A program made the translations under genes and the position numbers. The notes beneath the pieces are model-generated. The model saw nothing but the letters and a program-made list of their open reading frames with translations. It made no database searches and was not told the origin of the DNA. DNA of 64,000 nt from positions 2,790,001-2,854,000 of the forward strand of contig OZ059897.1 in NCBI GenBank assembly GCA_964057225.1, given 5' to 3'. Below, in pieces: positions 46,401-61,400 of this stretch. This DNA comes from Auanema rhodensis. Lineage: Eukaryota > Animalia > Nematoda. Every line of letters starts with the position of its first letter. The first letter of the stretch is position 1.

Positions 46401-49400
46401 AAGCAATGTTGAGTGTACATGGGAACTCAACATACACTAATGCATTATTTTTCAAACGTTCATAACTAATTTTTGTATAGAGCGTTTCTCAATGTAGTAT
46501 AGTGCATTCGATGCGGATTTTTAAGCTGCGTTGATCTGTGTTATCAGATTTGAGTTAACTTAAAAATGCACCGAGATATCAACTGATATATGTTCACACT
46601 TATATCCTCGATTTTCACCCTGAAGAAATGATTTTTTCGTTGAAAAACATTGTCCATCGTATTCGTCTTGAAAAAAGGAATCTTAAAACATCTACTTTTT
46701 GTGAAATTATTTAGAAATTTTTCGGGAAAATTTTTGTCAAAATGTTTTTGGAAGCAATGTTGAGTGTACATGGGAACTCAACATACACTAATGCATTATT
46801 TTTCAAACGATCATAACTAATTTTTGTATGGAGCGTTTCTCAATGTAGTATAGTGCATTCGATGCGGATTTTTAAGCTGCGTTGATCTGTCTTATCAGAT
46901 TTGAGTTAGCTTAAAAATGCACCGAGATATCAACTGATATATGTTCACACTTATATCCTCGATTTTCACCCTGAAGAAATGATTTTTTCGTTGAATAACA
47001 TTGTCCATCGTCTTCGTCTTGAAAAAAGGAATCTAAAAACATCTACTTTTTGTGAAATTATTTAGAAATTTTTCGGGAAAATTTTTGTCAAAATGTTTTT
47101 AGAAGCAATGTTGAGTGTACATGGGAGCTCAACATACACTAATGCATTATTTTTCAAACGATCATAACTAATTTTTGTATAGAGCGTTTCTTAATGTAGT
47201 ATAGTGCATTCGATGCGGATTTTTAAGCTGCGTCGATCTGTGATATCAGATTTGAGTTAACTTAAAAATGCACCGAGATATCAACTGATATATGTTCTCA
47301 CTTATAGCCTCGATTTTCACCCTGAAGAAATGATTTTTTCGTTGAATAACATTGTCCATCGTCTTTGTCTTGAAAAAAGAAATCTAAAAACTCCTACTTT
47401 TTGTGAAATTATTTAGAAATTTTTCGGGAAAATTTTTGTCAAAATGTTTTTGGAAGCAATGTTGAGTGTACATGGGAACTCAACATACACTAATGCATTA
47501 TTTTTCAAACGATCATAACTAATTTTTTATAGAGCGTTTCTCAATGTAGTATAGTGCATTCGATGCGGATTTTTAAGCTGCGTTGATCTGTGTTATCAGA
47601 TTTGAGTTAACTTAAAAATGCACCGAGATATCAACTGATATATGTTCACACTTATATCCTCGATTTTCACCCTGAAGAAATGATTTTTTCGTTGAATAAC
47701 ATTGTCCATCGTCTTTGCCTTGAAAAAAGAAATCTAAAAACTCCTACTTTTTGTGAAATTATTTAGAAATTTTTCGGGAAAATTTTTGTCAAAATGTTTT
47801 TGGAAGCAATGTTGAGTGTACATGGGAACTCAACATACACTAATGCATTATTTTTCAAACGATCATAACTAATTTTTGTATAGAGCGTTTCTCAATGTAG
47901 TATAGTGCATTCGATGCGGATTTTTAAGCTGCGTTGATCTGTGTTATCAGATTTGAGTTAACTTAAAAATGCACCGAGATATCAACTGATATATGTTCAC
48001 ACTTATATCCTCGATTTTCACCCTGAAGAAATGATTTTTTCGTTGAATAACATTGTCCATCGTCTTTGCCTTGAAAAAAGAAATCTAAAAACATCTACTT
48101 TTTGTGAAATTATTTAGAAATTTTTCGGGAAAATTTTTGTCAAAATGTTTTTGGAAGCAATGTTGAGTGTACATGGGAACTCAACATACACTAATGCATT
48201 ATTTTTCAAACGATCATAACTAATTTTTGTATTAAGCTTTTCTCAATGTAGTATAGTGCAGTCGATGCGGATTTTTAAGCTGCGTCGATCTGTGTTATCA
48301 GATTTGCGCTAGCTTAAAAATGCTCCGAGATATCAACTTATATAAGTTCACACTTATATCCTCGATTTTCACCCTGATGAATTAATTTTTTCGTTGAATA
48401 ACATTGTCGATCGTCTTTGCTTTGAAAAAAGGAATCTAAAAACATTTACTTTTTGTGAAATTATTCAGAAATTTTTCGGGAAAATTTTTGTCAAAATGTT
48501 TTTGGAAGCAATGTTGAGTGTACATGGGAACTCAACATACACTAATGCATTATTTTTCAAACGATCATAACTAATTTTTGTATAGAGCGTTTCTCAATGT
48601 AGTATAGTGCATTCGATGCGGATTTTTAAGCTGCGTTGATCTGTGTTATCAGATTTGCGCTAGCCTAAAAATGCTCCGAGATATCAACTTATATAAGTTC
48701 ACACTTATATCCTCGATTTTCACCCTGAAGAATTAATTTTTTCGTTGAATAACATTGTCCATCGTCTTTGCCTTGAAAAAAGGAATGTAAAAACATCTAC
48801 TTTTTGTGAAATTATCTAGAAATTTTTCGGGAAAATTTTTGTCAAAATGTTTTTGGAAGCAATGTTGAGTGTACATGGGAACTCAACATACACTAATGCA
48901 TTATTTTTCAAACGATCATAACTAATTTTTGTATAGAGCGTTTCTCAATGTAGTATAGTGCATTCGATGCGGATTTTTAAGCTGCGTTGATCTGTGTTAT
49001 CAGATTTGAGTTAACTTAAAAATGCACCGAGATATCAACTGATATAGGTTCACACTTATATCCTCGATTTTCACCCTGAAGAAATGATTTTTTCGTTGAA
49101 AAACATTGTCCATCGTATTTGTCTTAAAAAAAGGAATCTAAAAACATCTACTTTTTGTGAAATTATCTAGAAATTTTTCGGGAAAATTTTTGTCAAAATG
49201 TTTTTGGAAGCAATGTTGAGTGTACATGGGAACTCAACATACACTAATGTATTATTTTTCAAACGATCATAACTAATTTTTGTATGGAGCGTTTCTCAAT
49301 GTAGTATAGTGCATTCGATGCGGATTTTTAAGCTGCGTTGATCTGTGTTATCAGATTTGCGCTAGCTTAAAAATGCACCGAGTAATCAACTGATATAGGT

Positions 49401-52400
49401 TCACACTTATATCCTCGATTTTCACCCTGAAGAATTAAATTTTTCGTTGAATAACATTGTCCATCGTCTTTGCCTTAAAAAAAGAAATCTAAAAACTCCT
49501 ACTTTTTGTGAAATTATTTAGAAATTTTTCGGGAAAATTTTTGTCACAATGTTTTTGGAAGCAATGTTGAGTGTACATGGGAACTCAGCATACACTAATG
49601 CATTATTTTTCAAACGATCATAACTAATTTTTGTATAGAGCGTTTCTCAATGTAGTATAGTGCATTTGATGCGGATTTTTAAGCTGCGTTGATCTGTGTG
49701 ATCAGATTTGAGTTAACTTAAAAATGCACCGAGATATCAACTGATATAGGTTCACACTTATATCCTCGATTTTCACCCTGAAGAAATGATTTTTTCGTTA
49801 AAAAATATTGTCCATCGTATTCGTCTTGAAAAAAGGAATCTAAAAACATCTACTTTTTGTGAAATTATTTAGAAATTTTTCGGGAAAATTTTTGTTAAAA
49901 TGTTTTTGGAAGCAATGTTGAGTGTACATGGGAACTCAACATACACTAATGCATTATTTTTCAAACGATCATAACTAATTTTTGTATAGAGCGTTTCTCA
50001 TTGTAGTATAGTGCATTCGATGCGGATTTTTAAGCTGCGTCGATCTGTGTTATCAGATTTGCGCTAGCTTAAAAATGCTCCGAGATATCAACTTATATAA
50101 GTTCACACTTATATCCTCAATTTTCACCCTGAAGAAATGATTTTTTCGTTTAATAACATTGTCCATCGTCTTCGTCTTGAAAAAAGGAATCTAAAAACAT
50201 CTACTTTTTGTGAAATTATTTAGAAATTTTTCGGGAAAATTTTTGTCACAATGTTTTTGGAAGCAATGTTGAGTGTACATGGGAACTCAGCATACACTAA
50301 TGCATTATTTTTCAAACGATCATAACTAATTTTTGTATAGAGCGTTTCTCAATGTAGTATAGTGCATTCGATGCGGATTTTTAAGCTGCGTTGATCTGTG
50401 TTATCAGATTTGAGTTAGCTTAAAAATGCACCGAGATATCAACTGATATATGTTCACACTTATATCCTCAATTTTCACCCTGAAGAAATGATTTTTTCGT
50501 TGAATAACATTGTCCATCGTCTTCGTCTTGAAAAAAGGAATCTAAAAACATCTACTTTTTGTGAAATTATTTAGAAATTTTTCGGGAAAATTTTTGTCAA
50601 AATGTTTTTGGAAGCAATGTTGAGTGTACATGGGAACTCACCATACACTAATGCATTATTTTTCAAACGATCATAACTAATTTTTGTATAGAGCGTTTCT
50701 CAATGTAGTATAGTGCATTCGATGCGGATTTTTAAGCTGCGTTGATCTGTGTTATCAGATTTGAGTTAACTTAAAAATGCACCGAGATATCAACTGATTT
50801 ATGTTCACACTTATATCCTCGATTTTCACCCTGAAGAAATGATTTTTTCGTTGAAAAACATTGTCCATCGTATTCGTCTTGAAAAAAGGAATTTAAAAAC
50901 ATCTACTTTTTGTGAAATTATTCAGAAATTTTTCGGGAAAATTTTTGTCAAAATGTTTTTGGAAGCAATGTTGAGTGTACATGGGAACTCAACATACACT
51001 AATGCATTATTTTTCAAACGATCATAACTAATTTTTGTATAGAGCGTTTCTCATTGTGGTATAGTGCATTCGATGCGGATTTTTAAGCTGCGTTGATCTG
51101 TGTTATCAGATTTGAGTTAACTTAAAAATGCACCGAGATATCAACTGATATAGGTTCACACTTATATCCTCGATTTTCACCCTGAAGAAATGATTTTTTC
51201 GTTAAAAAATATTGTCCATCGTATTCGTCTTGAAAAAAGGAATCTAAAAACATCTACTTTTTGTGAAATTATTCAGAAATTTTTCGGGAAAATTTTTGTC
51301 AAAATGTTTTTGGAAGCAATGTTGAGTGTACATGGGAACTCAACATACACTAATGCATTATTTTTCAAACGATCATAACTAATTTTTGTATAGAGCGTTT
51401 CTCAATGTAGTATAGTGCATTCGATGCGGATTTTTAAGCTGCGTTGATCTGTGTTATCAGATTTGAGTTAGCTTAAAAATGCACCGAGATATCAACTGAT
51501 ATATGTTCACACTTATATCCTCAATTTTCACCCTGAAGAAATGATTTTTTCGTTGAATAACATTGTTCATCGTCTTCGTCTTGAAAAAAGAAAACTAAAA
51601 ACATCTACTTTTTGTGAAATTATTTAGAAATTTTTCGGGAAAATTTTTGTCAAAATGTTTTTGGAAGCAATGTTGAGTGTACATGGAAACTCAACATACA
51701 CTAATGCATTATTTTTCAAACGATCATAACTAATTTTTGTATAGAGCGTTTCTCAATGTCGTATAGTGCATTCGATGCGGATTTTTAAGCTGCGTTGATC
51801 TGTGTTATCAGATTTGAGTTAACTTAAAAATGCACCGAGATATCAACTGATATAGGTTCACACTTATATCCTCGATTTTCACCCTGAAGAAATGATTTTT
51901 TCGTTAAAAAACATTGTCCATCGTATTCGTCTTGAAAAAAGGAATCTAAAAACATCTACTTTTTGTGAAATTCTTTAGAAATTTTTCGGGAAAATTTTTG
52001 TCACAATGTTTTTGGAAGCAATGTTGAGTGTACAAGGGAACTCAGCATACACTAATGCATTATTTTTCAAACGATCATAACTAATTTTTGTATAGAGCGT
52101 TTCTCAATGTAGTATAGTGCATTCGATGCGGATTTTTAAGCTGCGTTGATCTGTGTTATCAGATTTGAGTTAGCTTAAAAATGCACCGAGATATCAACTG
52201 ATATATGTTCACACTTATATCCTCAATTTTCACCCTGAAGAAATGATTTTTTCGTTGAATAACATTGTCCATCGTCTTCGTCTTGAAAAAAGAAAACTAA
52301 AAACATCTACTTTTTGTGAAATTATTTAGAAATTTTTCGGGAAAATTTTTGTCAAAATGTTTTTGGAAGCAATGTTGAGTGTACATGGAAACTCAACATA

Positions 52401-55400
52401 CACTAATGCATTATTTTTCAAACGATCATAACTAATTTTTGTATAGAGCGTTTCTCAATGTCGTATAGTGCATTCGATGCGGATTTTTAAGCTGCGTTGA
52501 TCTGTGTTATCAGATTTGAGTTAACTTAAAAATGCACCGAGATATCAACTGATATATGTTCACACTTATATCCTCGATTTTCACCCTGAAGAAATGATTT
52601 TTTCGTTGAAAAACATTGTCCATCGTATTCGTCTTGAAAAAAGGAATCTAAAAACATCTACTTTTTGTGAAATTATTTAGAAATTTTTCGGGAAAATTTT
52701 TGTTAAAATGTTTTTGGAAGCAATGTTGAGTGTACATGGGAACTCAACATACACTAATGCATTATTTTTCAAACGATCATAACTAATTTTTGTATAGAGC
52801 GTTTCTCATTGTAGTATAGTGCATTCGATGCGGATTTTTAAGCTGCGTTGATCTGTGTTATCAGATTTGAGTTAGCTTAAAAATGCACCGAGTAATCAAC
52901 TGATATAGGTTCACACTTATATCCTCGATTTTCACCCTGAAGAATTAAATTTTTCGTTGAATAACATTGTCCATCGTCTTTGCCTTAAAAAAAGAAATCT
53001 AAAAACTCCTGCTTTTTGTGAAATTCTTTAGAAATTTTTCGGGAAAATTTTTGTCACAATGTTTTTGGAAGCAATGTTGAGTGTACAAGGGAACTCAGCA
53101 TACACTAATGCATTATTTTTCAAACGATCATAACTAATTTTTGTATAGAGCGTTTCTCAATGTAGTATAGTGCATTCGATGCGGATTTTTAAGCTGCGTT
53201 GATCTGTGTTATCAGATTTGAGTTAGCTTAAAAATGCACCGAGATATCAACTGATATATGTTCACACTTATATCCTCGATTTTCACCCTGAAGAATTAAA
53301 TTTTTCGTTGAATAACATTGTCCATCGTCTTTGCCTTAAAAAAAGAAATCTAAAAACTCCTGCTTTTTGTGAAATTCTTTAGAAATTTTTCGGGAAAATT
53401 TTTGTCACAATGTTTTTGGAAGCAATGTTGAGTGTACAAGGGAACTCAGCATACACTAATGCATTATTTTTCAAACGATCATAACTAATTTTTGTATAGA
53501 GCGTTTCTCAATGTAGTATAGTGCATTCGATGCGGATTTTTAAGCTGCGTTGATCTGTGTTATCAGATTTGAGTTAGCTTAAAAATGCACCGAGATATCA
53601 ACTGATATATGTTCACACTTATATCCTCAATTTTCACCCTGAAGAAATGATTTTTTCGTTGAATAACATTGTCCATCGTCTTCGTCTTGAAAAAAGGAAA
53701 CTAAAAACATCTACTTTTTGTGAAATTATTTAGAAATTTTTCGGGAAAATTTTTGTTAAAATGTTTTTGGAAGCAATGTTGAGTGTACATGGGAACTCAA
53801 CATACACTAATGCATTATTTTTCAAACGATCATAACTAATTTTTGTATAGAGCGTTTCTCATTGTAGTATAGTGCATTCGATGCGGATTTTTAAGCTGCG
53901 TTGATCTGTGTTATCAGATTTGAGTTAGCTTAAAAATGCACCGAGTAATCAACTGATATAGGTTCACACTTATATCCTCGATTTTCACCCTGAAGAATTA
54001 AATTTTTCGTTGAATAACATTGTCCATCGTCTTTGCCTTAAAAAAAGAAATCTAAAAACTCCTGCTTTTTGTGAAATTCTTTAGAAATTTTTCGGGAAAA
54101 TTTTTGTCACAATGTTTTTGGAAGCAATGTTGAGTGTACAAGGGAACTCAGCATACACTAATGCATTATTTTTCAAACGATCATAACTAATTTTTGTATA
54201 GAGCGTTTCTCAATGTAGTATAGTGCATTCGATGCGGATTTTTAAGCTGCGTTGATCTGTGTTATCAGATTTGAGTTAGCTTAAAAATGCACCGAGATAT
54301 CAACTGATATATGTTCACACTTATATCCTCGATTTTCACCCTGAAGAATTAAATTTTTCGTTGAATAACATTGTCCATCGTCTTTGCCTTAAAAAAAGAA
54401 ATCTAAAAACTCCTGCTTTTTGTGAAATTCTTTAGAAATTTTTCGGGAAAATTTTTGTCACAATGTTTTTGGAAGCAATGTTGAGTGTACAAGGGAACTC
54501 AGCATACACTAATGCATTATTTTTCAAACGATCATAACTAATTTTTGTATAGAGCGTTTCTCAATGTAGTATAGTGCATTCGATGCGGATTTTTAAGCTG
54601 CGTTGATCTGTGTTATCAGATTTGAGTTAGCTTAAAAATGCACCGAGTAATCAACTGATATAGGTTCACACTTATATCCTCGATTTTCACCCTGAAGAAT
54701 TAAATTTTTCGTTGAATAACATTGTCCATCGTATTCGTCTTGAAAAAAGGAATCTAAAAACATCTACTTTTTGTGAAATTATTTAGAAATTTTTCGGGAA
54801 AATTTTTGTTAAAATGTTTTTGGAAGCAATGTTGAGTGTACATGGGAACTCAACATACACTAATGCATTATTTTTCAAACGATCATAACTAATTTTTGTA
54901 TAGAGCGTTTCTCATTGTAGTATAGTGCATTCGATGCGGATTTTTAAGCTGCGTTGATCTGTGTTATCAGATTTGAGTTAGCTTAAAAATGCACCGAGTA
55001 ATCAACTGATATAGGTTCACACTTATATCCTCGATTTTCACCCTGAAGAATTAAATTTTTCGTTGAATAACATTGTCCATCGTCTTTGCCTTAAAAAAAG
55101 AAATCTAAAAACTCCTGCTTTTTGTGAAATTCTTTAGAAATTTTTCGGGAAAATTTTTGTCACAATGTTTTTGGAAGCAATGTTGAGTGTACAAGGGAAC
55201 TCAGCATACACTAATGCATTATTTTTCAAACGATCATAACTAATTTTTGTATAGAGCGTTTCTCAATGTAGTATAGTGCATTCGATGCGGATTTTTAAGC
55301 TGCGTTGATCTGTGTTATCAGATTTGAGTTAGCTTAAAAATGCACCGAGATATCAACTGATATATGTTCACACTTATATCCTCGATTTTCACCCTGAAGA

Positions 55401-58400
55401 ATTAAATTTTTCGTTGAATAACATTGTCCATCGTCTTTGCCTTAAAAAAAGAAATCTAAAAACTCCTGCTTTTTGTGAAATTCTTTAGAAATTTTTCGGG
55501 AAAATTTTTGTCACAATGTTTTTGGAAGCAATGTTGAGTGTACAAGGGAACTCAGCATACACTAATGCATTATTTTTCAAACGATCATAACTAATTTTTG
55601 TATAGAGCGTTTCTCAATGTAGTATAGTGCATTCGATGCGGATTTTTAAGCTGCGTTGATCTGTGTTATCAGATTTGAGTTAGCTTAAAAATGCACCGAG
55701 ATATCAACTGATATATGTTCACACTTATATCCTCAATTTTCACCCTGAAGAAATGATTTTTTCGTTGAATAACATTGTCCATCGTCTTCGTCTTGAAAAA
55801 AGGAAACTAAAAACATCTACTTTTTGTGAAATTATTTAGAAATTTTTCGGGAAAATTTTTGTCAAAATGTTTTTGGAAGCAATGTTGAGTGTACATGGAA
55901 ACTCAACATACACTAATGCATTATTTTTCAAACGATCATAACTAATTTTTGTATAGAGCGTTTCTCAATGTCGTATAGTGCATTCGATGCGAATTTTTAA
56001 GCTGCGTTGATCTGTGTTATCTGATTTGAGTTAACTTAAAAATGCACCGAGATATCAACTGATATATGTTCACACATATATCCTCGATTTTCACCCTGAA
56101 GAAATGATTTTTTCGTTGAAAAACATTGTCCATCGTATTCGTCTTGAAAAAAGGAATCTAAAAACATCTAGTTTTTGTGAAATTATTTAGAAATTTTTCG
56201 GGAAAATTTTTGTCAAAATGTTTTTGGAAGCAATGTTGAGTGTACATGGGAACTCAACATACACTAATGCATTATTTTTCAAACGATCATAACTAATTTT
56301 TGTATAGAGCGTTTCTCATTGTAGTATAGTGCATTCGATGCGGATTTTTAAGCTGCGTTGATCTGTGTTATCAGATTTTAGTTAGCTTAAAAATGCACCG
56401 AGTAATCAACTGATATAGGTTCACACTTATATCCTCGATTTTCACCCTGAAGAATTAAATTTTTCGTTGAATAACATTGTCCATCGTCTTTGCCTTAAAA
56501 AAAGAAATCTAAAAACTCCTACTTTTTGTGAAATTATTTAGAAATTTTTCGGGAAAATTTTTGTCACAATGTTTTTGGAAGCAATGTTGAGTGTACATGG
56601 GAACTCAGCATACACTAATGCATTATTTTTCAAACGATCATAACTAATTTTTGTATAGAGCGTTTCTCAATGTAGTATAGTGCATTCGATGCGGATTTTT
56701 AAGCTGCGTTGATCTGTGTTATCAGATTTGAGTTAGCTTAAAAATGCACCGAGATATCAACTGATATATGTTCACACTTATATCCTCAATTTTCACCCTG
56801 AAGAAATGATTTTTTCGTTGAATAACATTGTCCATCGTCTTCGTCTTGAAAAAAGGAAACTAAAAACATCTACTTTTTGTGAAATTATTTAGAAATTTTT
56901 CGGGAAAATTTTTGTCAAAATGTTTTTGGAAGCAATGTTGAGTGTACATGGAAACTCAACATACACTAATGCATTATTTTTCAAACGATCATAACTAATT
57001 TTTGTATAGAGCGTTTCTCAATGTCGTATAGTGCATTCGATGCGAATTTTTAAGCTGCGTTGATCTGTGTTATCTGATTTGAGTTAACTTAAAAATGCAC
57101 CGAGATATCAACTGATATATGTTCACACTTATATCCTCGATTTTCACCCTGAAGAAATGATTTTTTCGTTGAAAAACATTGTCCATCGTAATCGTCTTGA
57201 AAAAAGGAATCTAAAAACATCTACTTTTTGTGAAATTATTTAGAAATTTTTCGGGAAAATTTTGTCAAAATGTTTTTGGAAGCAATGTTGAGTGTACATG
57301 GGAACTCAACATACACTAATGCATTATTTTTCAAACGATCATAACTAATTTTTGTATAGAGCGTTTCTCATTGTAGTATAGTGCATTCGATGCGGATTTT
57401 TAAGCTGCGTTGATCTGTGTTATCAGATTTGAGTTAGCTTAAAAATGCACCGAGATATCAACTGATATAGGTTCACACTTGTATCCTCGATTTTCACCCT
57501 GAAGAAATGATTTTTTCGTTGAAAAACATTGTCCATCGTATTTGTCTTGAAAAAAGGAATCTAAAAACATCTACTTTTTGTGAAATTATTTAGAAATTTT
57601 TCGGGAAAATTTTTGTCAAAATGTTTTTGGAAGCAATGTTGAGTGTACATGGGAACTCAACATACACTAATGCATTATTTTTCAAACGATCATAACTAAT
57701 TTTTGTATAGAGCGTTTCTCAATGTAGTATAGTGCATTCGATGCGGATTTTTAAGCTGCGTTGATCTGTGTTATCAGATTTGAGTTAACTTAAAAATGCA
57801 CCGAGATATCAACTGATATAGGTTCACACTTATATCCTCGATTTTCACCCTGAAGAAATGATTTTTTCGTTGAATAACATTGTCCATCGTCTTTGCCTTA
57901 AAAAAAGAAATCTAAAAACTCCTACTTTTTGTGAAATTATTTAGAAATTTTTCGGGAAAATTTTTGTCACAATGTTTTTGGAAGCAATGTTGAGTGTACA
58001 TGGGAACTCAGCATACACTAATGCATTATTTTTCAAACGATCATAACTAATTTTTGTATAGAGCGTTTCTCAATGTAGTATAGTGCATTCGATGCGGATT
58101 TTTAAGCTGCGTTGATCTGTGTTATCAGATTTGAGTTAACTTAAAAATGCACCGAGATATCAACTGATATATGTTCACACTTATATCCTCGATTTTCACC
58201 CTGAAGAAATGATTTTTTCGTTGAAAAACATTGTCCATCGTATTCGTCTTGAAAAAAAGAATTTAAAAACATCTACTTTTTGTGAAATTATTCAGAAATT
58301 TTTCGGGAAAATTTTTGTCAAAATGTTTTTGGAAGCAATGTTGAGTGTACATGGGAACTCAACATACACTAATGCATTATTTTTCAAACGATCATAACTA

Positions 58401-61400
58401 ATTTTTGTATAGAGCGTTTCTCATTGTAGTATAGTGCATTCGATGCGGATTTTTAAGCTGCGTTGATCTGTGTTATCAGATTTGAGTTAACTTAAAAATG
58501 CACCGAGATATCAACTGATATAGGTTCACACTTATATCCTCGATTTTCACCCTGAAGAAATGATTTTTTCGTTAAAAAATATTGTCCATCGTATTCGTCT
58601 TGAAAAAAGGAATCTAAAAACATCTACTTTTTGTGAAATTATTTAGAAATTTTTCGGGAAAATTTTTGTCAAAATGTTTTTGGAAGCAATGTTGAGTGTA
58701 CATGGGAACTCAACATACACTAATGCATTATTTTTCAAACGATCATAACTAATTTTTGTATAGAGCGTTTCTCAATGTAGTATAGTGCATTCGATGCGGA
58801 TTTTTAAGCTGCGTTGATCTGTGTTATCAGATTTGAGTTAACTTAAAAATGCACCGAGATATCAACTGATATATGTTCACACTTATATCCTCGATTTTCA
58901 CCCTGAAGAAATGATTTTTTCGTTGAAAAACATTGTCCATCGTATTCGTCTTGAAAAAAGGAATCTAAAAACATCTACTTTTTGTGAAATTATTTAGAAA
59001 TTTTTCGGGAAAATTTTTGTTAAAATGTTTTTGGAAGCAATGTTGAGTGTACATGGGAACTCAACATACACTAATGCATTATTTTTCAAACGATCATAAC
59101 TAATTTTTGTATAGAGCGTTTCTCATTGTAGTATAGTGCATTCGATGCGGATTTTTAAGCTGCGTTGATCTGTGTTATCAGATTTGAGTTAACTTAAAAA
59201 TGCACCGAGATATCAACTGATATAGGTTCACACTTATATCCTCGATTTTCACCCTGAAGAAATGATTTTTTCGTTAAAAAACATTGTCCATCGTATTCGT
59301 CTTGAAAAAAGGAATCTAAAAACATCTACGTTTTGTGAAATTATTTAGAAATTTTTTGGGAAAATTTTTGTCAAAATGTTTTTGGAAGCAATGTTGAGTG
59401 TACATGGGAACTCAACATACACTAATGCATTATTTTTCAAACGATCATAACTAATTTTTGTATGGAGCGTTTCTCAATGTAGTATAGTGCATTCGATGCG
59501 GATTTTTAAGCTGCGTTGATCTGTGTTATCAGATTTGAGTTAGCTTAAAAATGCACCGAGATATCAACTGATATATGTTCACACTTATATCCTCAATTTT
59601 CACCCTGAAGAAATGATTTTTTCGTTGAATAACATTGTCCATCGTCTTCGTCTTGAAAAAAGGAAACTAAAAACATCTACTTTTTGTGAAATTATTTAGA
59701 AATTTTTCGGGAAAATTTTTGTCAAAATGTTTTTGGAAGCAATGTTGAGTGTACATGGAAACTCAACATACACTAATGCATTATTTTTCAAACGATCATA
59801 ACTAATTTTTGTATAGAGCGTTTCTCAATGTCGTATAGTGCATTCGATGCGAATTTTTAAGCTGCGTTGATCTGTGTTATCTGATTTGAGTTAACTTAAA
59901 AATGCACCGAGATATCAACTGATATATGTTCACACTTATATCCTCGATTTTCACCCTGAAGAAATGATTTTTTCGTTGAAAAACATTGTCCATCGTATTC
60001 GTCTTGAAAAAAGGAATCTTAAAACATCTACTTTTTGTGAAATTATTTAGAAATTTTTCGGGAAAATTTTTGTCAAAATGTTTTTGGAAGCAATGTTGAG
60101 TGTACATGGGAACTCAACATACACTAATGCATTATTTTTCAAACGATCATAACTAATTTTTGTATGGAGCGTTTCTCAATGTAGTATAGTGCATTCGATG
60201 CGGATTTTTAAGCTGCGTTGATCTGTCTTATCAGATTTGAGTTAGCTTAAAAATGCACCGAGATATCAACTGATATATGTTCACACTTATATCCTCGATT
60301 TTCACCCTGAAGAAATGATTTTTTCGTTGAATAACATTGTCCATCGTCTTCGTCTTGAAAAAAGGAATCTAAAAACATCTACTTTTTGTGAAATTATTTA
60401 GAAATTTTTCGGGAAAATTTTTGTTAAAATGTTTTTGGAAGCAATGTTGAGTGTACATGGGAACTCAACATACACTAATGCATTATTTTTCAAACGATCA
60501 TAACTAATTTTTGTATAGAGCGTTTCTCATTGTAGTATAGTGCATTCGATGCGGATTTTTAAGCTGCGTTGATCTGTGTTATCAGATTTGAGTTAGCTTA
60601 AAAATGCACCGAGATATCAACTGATATATGTTCACACTTATATCCTCAATTTTCACCCTGAAGAAATGATTTTTTCGTTGAATAACATTGTCCATCGTCT
60701 TCGTCTTGAAAAAAGGAAACTAAAAACATCTACTTTTTGTGAAATTATTTAGAAATTTTTCGGGAAAATTTTTGTCAAAATGTTTTTGGAAGCAATGTTG
60801 AGTGTACATGGAAACTCAACATACACTAATGCATTATTTTTCAAACGATCATAACTAATTTTTGTATAGAGCGTTTCTCAATGTCGTATAGTGCATTCGA
60901 TGCGAATTTTTAAGCTGCGTTGATCTGTGTTATCTGATTTGAGTTAACTTAAAAATGCACCGAGATATCAACTGATATATGTTCACACTTATATCCTCGA
61001 TTTTCACCCTGAAGAAATGATTTTTTCGTTGAAAAACATTGTCCATCGTATTCGTCTTGAAAAAAGGAATCTAAAAACATCTACTTTTTGTGAAATTATT
61101 TAGAAATTTTTCGGGAAAATTTTTGTCAAAATGTTTTTGGAAGCAATGTTGAGTGTACATGGGAACTCAACATACACTAATGCATTATTTTTCAAACGAT
61201 CATAACTAATTTTTGTATAGAGCGTTTTTCATTGTAGTATAGTGCATTCGATGCGGATTTTTAAGCTGCGTTGATCTGTGTTATCAGATTTGAGTTAGCT
61301 TAAAAATGCACCGAGTAATCAACTGATATAGGTTCACACTTATATCCTCGATTTTCACCCTGAAGAATTAAATTTTTCGTTGAATAACATTGTCCATCGT

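Noticed and set aside
1488-58397. Repeated 62-aa plus-strand ORFs (MIFSL...FFKRS)
   Set aside because: Satellite by-products: they appear only when the polymorphic ATG (vs TTA) and CAG (vs TAG) coincide; most monomers have the stop; no recognisable domain.
38472-60107. 75-76-aa minus-strand ORFs in three monomers
   Set aside because: Created by one substitution (ATCTAAAA>ATCTTAAA) that removes a stop in the satellite.
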